From assembly GCA_050291725.1 (NCBI GenBank), contig JBNKKH010000035.1, positions 7,894 to 71,893 of the forward strand: a DNA stretch of 64,000 bases, in the 5' to 3' direction. The notes under the pieces were generated by a model. The model made no database searches and was not told the origin of the DNA. It worked only from the letters and a program-made list of their open reading frames with translations. Every line of letters starts with the position of its first letter. Position 1 is the first letter of the stretch. Source of the DNA: Sedimenticolaceae bacterium. GTDB taxonomy: Bacteria > Pseudomonadota > Gammaproteobacteria > Chromatiales > Chromatiaceae. Below, piece after piece: positions 58,728 to 64,000 of this stretch. Both the position numbers and the translations under genes were made by a program.

Positions 58728-59282
58728 ATGAGCAAGCCTGCCTTCTTGCCACTGGCTGTCAGTGGCTTCACCTTACTTGAGACAATAACCACCCTATCCG
58801 TTGCATGTATTCTATTAGCAGTTGGAATACCGTCGTTTCAGACCACTATCCAGAACAATCGCATGTCTGCGGCGGTATACAGCTTCATGACTCATCTTTA
58901 CCTGGCACGCAGTGAGGCAATAAATAGAGGTATTAGCATTGTACTTTGCCCATCATTAGATGGAGAAAGTTGTGCCGACACAACAGATTGGGATGATGGT
59001 TTTATTATGTATGTCGACAATAATAAAGATAGAAACCTTGATCCCGGAGAGCAAATTCTTAAACACATCAACATGGATTATGACTCGATACGCATAAGTT
59101 CCACCACTGGCCGCAAAAAAACCCTCTACCATCCCAGCGGATACGCATTTGGCTACAACCTTACATTCACTTTTTGCGGAATTAATAACCAAGTAGCTCC
59201 AAGGGCGATTATTGTCAGCAATATCGGCAGAGCGCATGTTTCCCATACAAAATGGGATGGCACCCCACTTGATTGTAACTAG
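58728..59282 (+). CDS. fimT: Type IV pilus minor pilin / GspH-family pseudopilin (FimT-like)
   Basis: Prepilin leader and cleavage/methylation site ...VSG/FTLLETITTLSV, a hydrophobic N-terminal helix, and a GspH-like body (...AAVYSFMTHLYLARSEAINRG...). Confidence 0.75.
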   Translation: MSKPAFLPLAVSGFTLLETITTLSVACILLAVGIPSFQTTIQNNRMSAAVYSFMTHLYLARSEAINRGISIVLCPSLDGESCADTTDWDDGFIMYVDNNKDRNLDPGEQILKHINMDYDSIRISSTTGRKKTLYHPSGYAFGYNLTFTFCGINNQVAPRAIIVSNIGRAHVSHTKWDGTPLDCN

Positions 59283-59339
59283 AATTAACAGAATGCTATT
59301 GACCAGGAGGTGCCAGATGATTAATATACGCGCCTTCAT

Positions 59340-59415
59340 TCCCTGGTAGCTCAGTCGGTAGAGCGGGTGACTGTTAATCACTAGGTCGGCGGTTCGAGCC
59401 CGTCCCAGGGAGCCA
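59340..59415 (+). tRNA. tRNA-Asn (anticodon GUU)
   Basis: TCCCTGGTAGCTCAGTCGGTAGAGCGGGTGACTGTTAATCACTAGGTCGGCGGTTCGAGCCCGTCCCAGGGAGCCA. It has a 7-bp acceptor stem, anticodon loop CUGUUAA and an encoded CCA. Confidence 0.93.
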
Positions 59416-59426
59416 AATGAAATCAA

Positions 59427-59461
59427 GGGCTTAGCTGAAATCAGCTAGGCCCTTTGTTTTT
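59427..59461 (+). terminator. Rho-independent terminator after tRNA-Asn
   Basis: GGGCTTAGCTGA..TCAGCTAGGCCC stem followed by TTTGTTTTT. Confidence 0.7.
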
Positions 59462-59509
59462 GCAGGTAAATTCTGGTTCATCCTGGCCGCCTCAAATGTG
59501 CGGCCTGCA

Positions 59510-62149
59510 TCAAACATTAGGAGGCAAAGCGTCTGAATGCTCTAATGGTGTGGAGTCGGTGGCAGTGTCATCCCTATCATTTTGATACAGATGTGAGTCA
59601 GGAAAGGCACTGATAATCGACAAACAAAATGCTGAAAAATAGGGTAACGACTGCACCAAGAGTACTGTAACCCATAAAATAATATCCCAGGTATCCACAG
59701 GCAACTGTATATAAATTGCCGCAGCAGCCAACCACAGGGCCAGCATAATCAGTGTCTCTTCGGACGCTGCAGCAATTGCCTTAATTAAAGCTGCAGATTT
59801 CTCTTTTTTGGGTGTACGCACAAACGGTCTACCGTCGGTAAACAGGCCAGACCACATAGCTTTAGCAATTGTGTGGGAAAGTGACAAACCAGCTAATGCC
59901 GCCGCAACCGTCTCCCTTAAAGAACCTACAATCTGTGCCCCATGATAGAGGTAAATTACTTTTGCGATCTTAAAGCTGAATAGTGTGAGGGGCAAAATCG
60001 AGAATACAACCAGGGGTGGATCGATATCGTTTGGCATAGTTATAAGCGCTATCGACCAAGCTATAGCTGCAAAGTTGAAAATTATATTAATGCCATCTGT
60101 AATCCACGGCAGCCATCCGGCCACGAAGTGATAACGTTGGCCTGTGGTCAGTTTACTTTTGGTCAGCCCTAATATCTCCCGCGCATGATAACGCAGTATC
60201 TGCATAGCCCCATAAGCCCACCTAAAGCGTTGATTTTTATAGTCTTGGAAACTATCTGGCATAAGGCCTTTGCCATAACTTTTTGATGTGTATACTGCTT
60301 GATAACCAGCAGAAAATATCATAAAACCCAATTGAGCATCTTCAGTAATAGTCTTCTCGCCCCAACCACCTACCTCCTCCAAGCATGAACGTCTAACCAT
60401 AGTCATGGTGCCATGTTGAATAATCGCATTGCGCTCATTACGGGTAACCATACCGATATGGAAAAAGCCGCGATACTCGGCAAAACACATAGCCTTAAAG
60501 CTGTTTTCATTCAAATCACGATAATCCTGCGGAGCTTGCACAATAGCCACATTCTCTTGACTGAACTGGGGAACAAGATCACGTAACCAAGATGGTTTAA
60601 CACAGTAGTCACTATCAATAACAGCAATAACTGTCGCCTCTGACGCAGTAACAGTCAGGGCAAAATTCAAAGCGCCCGCTTTAAAACCAGCTAACGGAGA
60701 TTTATGGAAAAAACGAAACCTATCACCCAGAGTTTTACAGTGCTGTTCAACCGGCTTCCAAACAGATTCATCTTTAGTATTGTTGTCTATAACAATGACT
60801 TCAAAGCGCGGATAATCAAGCTTTGCCAACGCATTAAGCGTTTCAATCAGCATATCGGGCGGTTCGTTGTAGGCCGGCACATGAATTGAAACCATTGGCA
60901 ATTTGTCATCATCAAGAGATAAAGGTACTAATTCACGCCTTCTACCCCTTACCCACAATGTTTCTGCCCATTCGTGCGCTTCGATAAGAAGCACCATAAT
61001 TACGCCCAGCATACCCAACATGAGGAATATGCCGACAATTACTGCTCCGACAGTCATATACTGCCGCGAATAATCGTAAGCAATCCAAACTACTACGGTG
61101 GTCAATAGATAAGCAATCATGGCCAAAAAAGTTCGACCACGACGGTTCAAAGTGATTGAATCGGTCAATAGTATGGTAAATACAATGCCAGCTAACAGAA
61201 TTGAGAGGAGAGCAAGTGTTTGCCACTGTGGCAAGCCAACAATTGGCTTAACAAATTCAAACTTGGCATTTCGTTCAACATCATAAACGCCCCAGTACGC
61301 CCCGACAGATCCCTCCAGAGTACGTTTCCATGGCTGATCAAACGCCTCCATGACATAATATATATAGTTCTCTTGTTCCGCCCTATGTAAAAAACGGCGT
61401 AGAAACTTTGCCTCTGTGGCCACATCAGCAACAGAAAACTTAATTGTTCTGCCATTACTAGGCCATCCCACCTCCCCAATAATTATGGGCTTATCTGGGA
61501 ACGTCTGTTTTAACAAGTTAATCTTCTCAACTACAAAATCAACTGCGGTATCAACATCAAGTCCCTCCCAATATGGCAGCATATGCACCGCTATGTAATC
61601 TACATGTTGAGCCAATTCAGGATGTTTCATCCATACGCTCCATGGCTCTGCAGTACCAACAGGCATCCCCAATTCTGCCCGAACATGGTCAAGGTATTTA
61701 CCTAATTGTTCAACTGACAGCTCATTTCTAAGTATCACTTCGTTGCCAACAAGAACTCTTACCACATTAGTTCGATTTTTATCCGCAATCCTGATTACAT
61801 TTTCGATTTCTTTCTCATTCCGCTCTAGGCGTTTATCTATCCAAGCCCCTAGAGCCACATTGAGATCATATTTCTTGGCCAATTCAGGCACATGAGCCAT
61901 TGGCCCGTCGACTGTATAGGTGCGAATTGCGTGTGTTTTACCAGAAAGGAGCGCCACATCTTGTTCAATTTGTTCAACTGTAGCCACCTTACCAACAATT
62001 GGATCATGCTCAGCACGCATAGGTGAAAAAGAGAAACCTTGAACCCTCTCTGGCCAAGCGGGCTCAATTTCTGGGCGATTCATGTAAGCCAGAAGTCCGT
62101 AGGTAACGGCTGCGACAATAACTGCAATAACTATATTAATTCGGATCAT
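59510..62149 (-). CDS. Bifunctional membrane protein: N-terminal GH17 beta-1,3-glucanosyltransferase-like domain fused to a family-2 glycosyltransferase (NdvB-like beta-glucan synthase)
   Basis: GH17 signatures VLVGNEVILR (acid/base NE) and IIIGEVGWPSNG (nucleophile). GT2 signatures VIVIDNNT, VIDSDY, VQAPQ and QRFRWAYG (QxxRW). Multiple TM helices. The domain combination matches my memory of P. aeruginosa NdvB. Confidence 0.78.
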   Translation of the reverse strand: MIRINIVIAVIVAAVTYGLLAYMNRPEIEPAWPERVQGFSFSPMRAEHDPIVGKVATVEQIEQDVALLSGKTHAIRTYTVDGPMAHVPELAKKYDLNVALGAWIDKRLERNEKEIENVIRIADKNRTNVVRVLVGNEVILRNELSVEQLGKYLDHVRAELGMPVGTAEPWSVWMKHPELAQHVDYIAVHMLPYWEGLDVDTAVDFVVEKINLLKQTFPDKPIIIGEVGWPSNGRTIKFSVADVATEAKFLRRFLHRAEQENYIYYVMEAFDQPWKRTLEGSVGAYWGVYDVERNAKFEFVKPIVGLPQWQTLALLSILLAGIVFTILLTDSITLNRRGRTFLAMIAYLLTTVVVWIAYDYSRQYMTVGAVIVGIFLMLGMLGVIMVLLIEAHEWAETLWVRGRRRELVPLSLDDDKLPMVSIHVPAYNEPPDMLIETLNALAKLDYPRFEVIVIDNNTKDESVWKPVEQHCKTLGDRFRFFHKSPLAGFKAGALNFALTVTASEATVIAVIDSDYCVKPSWLRDLVPQFSQENVAIVQAPQDYRDLNENSFKAMCFAEYRGFFHIGMVTRNERNAIIQHGTMTMVRRSCLEEVGGWGEKTITEDAQLGFMIFSAGYQAVYTSKSYGKGLMPDSFQDYKNQRFRWAYGAMQILRYHAREILGLTKSKLTTGQRYHFVAGWLPWITDGINIIFNFAAIAWSIALITMPNDIDPPLVVFSILPLTLFSFKIAKVIYLYHGAQIVGSLRETVAAALAGLSLSHTIAKAMWSGLFTDGRPFVRTPKKEKSAALIKAIAAASEETLIMLALWLAAAAIYIQLPVDTWDIILWVTVLLVQSLPYFSAFCLSIISAFPDSHLYQNDRDDTATDSTPLEHSDALPPNV

Positions 62150-62715
62150 TACAAATAAGGTTATCCATTACTTCTTGATATTTAACTGTTTTATTCATTG
62201 TTCTGGTTGGTAGCATGAATAACATTGATGCCTACAGATAGAGATGTGCACATAAACTTAGATAGGCAAAATCCATCAACAATCATCTCAATTTTTGCTT
62301 GGTAAATTTGAGCCATTTAGCTGTATTCATGAAGACGGCCTTCCATATTCAACAGGCCATTTTATCAGACTAATCAAATAGCTTATAGGCTTCCTTCAAT
62401 CAAAAACTGGTGTAATTCATAGCCACATTTAGTAGTACTATTTTGCGTTTCAATCACTTTAAGTAGCAAAAACAGTTAAGTTACTTAGAAAACTGACAAC
62501 TTGATAGCATAAACACCACCCCTGTTTTTTTTGCTATTATAATCAATAAGATATGATTAATATGTGTTGTAACTAACATATTGCGCTAAATTTCACGCTT
62601 AGCGATATGTTTTTTGGATAGTTTTAAGGTATGCAGTATGGTTCTATTTCGATTAAACAAAACTCTAAAATCAACCAATATACGGCTTGTCTAGTGTGAG
62701 TAGGAGCAGAAACTA

Positions 62716-63720
62716 GTGCGAACTATTATTGCAGCCATATTGTTTCTGACCCTATTTGCTGTTTGGGCAGTAGTAGAATCTACTTCAGTTGAGAAGTCTA
62801 AAGCTACCGCAACCAACATACCTAGTACGGACAACCGGCCGATAACTCCCATTCCAGTAGATATAGAACTTGATCCACTTAAAGTAAAACTTGGCAAAAT
62901 TCTGTTTCATGACAAACGTCTTTCAAAAGATAATTCTGTCGCCTGTAGCAGTTGCCACAATCTTCAACAAGCTGGTCAGGATGGAATGGCAGTTGCCATA
63001 GGAGTGAAAGGCCTAAAAGGCAGTATCAACAGCCCGACAGTCTTCAACAGCGGATTTGCTTTTCGTCAGTTCTGGGATGGCCGCTCTCCTACTCTGGAAG
63101 ACCAAGTAGGTGGCCCGATCCACAACCCGGTTGAAATGGCCTCAAATTGGCAAGAGGTGATTGGTAAATTAAGCACAGACCCTCAGATAACGACCAAATT
63201 CGTTGAAATATGGAAAGAAGGTATATCTCAAGAGAACATTCAAGAAGCCATTGCAGAATTTGAACGTAGCCTAACAACTCCAAACTCCCCTTTTGACCGA
63301 TATCTTAATGGTGATTACTCAGCCCTTAGCGCAGATGAAATTAAGGGATGGCATCTATTCCGTGACTTGGGTTGTATCTCATGCCACCAGGGAGTAGGCA
63401 TTGGAAATAATATGTATGCAAATCTAGGAGTGATGGGGGACTATTTTGCTGATCGGGGGCGCCCTATAGTTGATAGTGACCTTGGACGATTTAATGTTAC
63501 AGGTAAGGACAAAGATAAACATGTATTCAAAGTACCTGGACTACGTAACGTAGCTCTAACTGCCCCGTATTTCCATGATGGCTCTATTGATAGTTTGGAT
63601 GAAGTTGTAAAAACTATGGCTCTTTACCAACTTGGCATCAATCTAAACCAAGAGCAGCGAGACTATTTAGTTGCGTTTTTAAAGTCTCTAACTGGACGAT
63701 TCAACGAGGATGGCACATGA
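62716..63720 (+). CDS. ccp: Di-haem cytochrome c peroxidase (CcpA/MauG family)
   Basis: Signal peptide; two CxxCH sites (CSSCH, CISCH); FWDGR, FKVPGLRNVALTAPYFHDGS. The start is a GTG with GGAG upstream. Confidence 0.9.
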   Translation: MRTIIAAILFLTLFAVWAVVESTSVEKSKATATNIPSTDNRPITPIPVDIELDPLKVKLGKILFHDKRLSKDNSVACSSCHNLQQAGQDGMAVAIGVKGLKGSINSPTVFNSGFAFRQFWDGRSPTLEDQVGGPIHNPVEMASNWQEVIGKLSTDPQITTKFVEIWKEGISQENIQEAIAEFERSLTTPNSPFDRYLNGDYSALSADEIKGWHLFRDLGCISCHQGVGIGNNMYANLGVMGDYFADRGRPIVDSDLGRFNVTGKDKDKHVFKVPGLRNVALTAPYFHDGSIDSLDEVVKTMALYQLGINLNQEQRDYLVAFLKSLTGRFNEDGT

Positions 63721-64000
63721 AAAAAATAACAAAATCCAGTGCCTTAATTACGTTAACATCTCTATCTATTGTTATGTTATTGGCATTAGTAATGCCTAGC
63801 ATAATCGGAAAAGAGAACCGCCTAGTATTAGCACGAGAACATATTACTGCCTTACGCTCTGTGTCGAGTGGTTTTCGTGAGTTAGTGATTAGCTTACGCC
63901 ATGGAGTTACCTACAATTACGATACCGCCAATAGCTTGGAACAGAGCATTGCTGATCACCAAAAGCAGCTAACTAGGATTATTGAAGACCTCCCGGAATT
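63717..64000 (+). CDS. Membrane-anchored hypothetical protein, 5' part only (runs off the window)
   Basis: The ATG overlaps the ccp stop (ATGA). The frame stays open for 94 codons to the window end (MKKITKSSALITLTSLSIVMLLALVMP...). It is absent from the ORF track because no stop is reached. Confidence 0.5.
   Translation, partial: MKKITKSSALITLTSLSIVMLLALVMPSIIGKENRLVLAREHITALRSVSSGFRELVISLRHGVTYNYDTANSLEQSIADHQKQLTRIIEDLPE

Noticed and set aside
58956-59426. 156-aa minus-strand ORF spanning the fimT 3' half and the whole tRNA-Asn.
   Set aside because: It runs through a perfect tRNA gene and is antisense to the pilin CDS, so it is spurious.
62150-62715. FNR/Anr-type box (TTGAT-N4-ATCAA) upstream of ccp, and a hairpin plus T-run at about 62575-62616 as an sRNA terminator.
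   Set aside because: Only half-site-like matches were found (TTGATAGCATAAAC, TTGATATTTAACTG). The hairpin has a 3x1 internal loop and no defined upstream gene, so it is too weak to annotate.

Overview
64-kb chromosomal segment of a gammaproteobacterium. The species cannot be identified by eye, but the gene order resembles Pseudomonas and E. coli. I count about 58 protein genes, three tRNAs (Pro-GGG, Val-GAC, Asn-GUU) and the 4.5S/SRP RNA. Two textbook core blocks dominate. Block (i) is tilS-accA-dnaE-rnhB-lpxB-lpxA-fabZ-lpxD-skp-bamA-rseP-dxr-cdsA-uppS-frr-pyrH-tsf-rpsB (6.3-26.9 kb, minus strand), divergent from map-glnD. Block (ii) is HIT-recR-ybaB-dnaX-ffs-tRNAPro-merR-ihfA-pheT-pheS-rplT-rpmI-infC-thrS-tRNAVal (33.8-45.3 kb, minus strand). 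Accessory pockets sit around them: a split class II RNR, a hotdog-fold cluster and a cNMP/rhodanese protein (0-6.3 kb); dapL-lysA (30.7-33.2 kb); and PiT, YajD and a MacAB-like ABC efflux operon with two permeases (45.7-52.1 kb). Next comes an AT-rich two-gene islet of unknown function beside uvrB (52.1-55.2 kb), followed by aspC, an orphan fimT, tRNA-Asn, a GH17-GT2 glucan synthase and a di-haem cytochrome c peroxidase. The best candidate for something undescribed is the 52.1-55.2 kb islet. It pairs a 589-aa helical protein with a 334-aa protein that reads like a tandem CARF/SAVED-like sensor, separated by a structured 278-bp spacer. Other notable signals are two 146-bp tandem units behind tRNA-Pro that each end in the tRNA 3' end, an apparently complete E. 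coli-type dnaX -1 frameshift cassette, a probable ATC start for infC, an inverted-repeat element inserted between pheS and pheT, and a tRNA-Val 5' fragment. I saw no CRISPR array, integrase, transposase or rRNA. All family calls were made by eye from motifs and synteny; no searches or computations were run.
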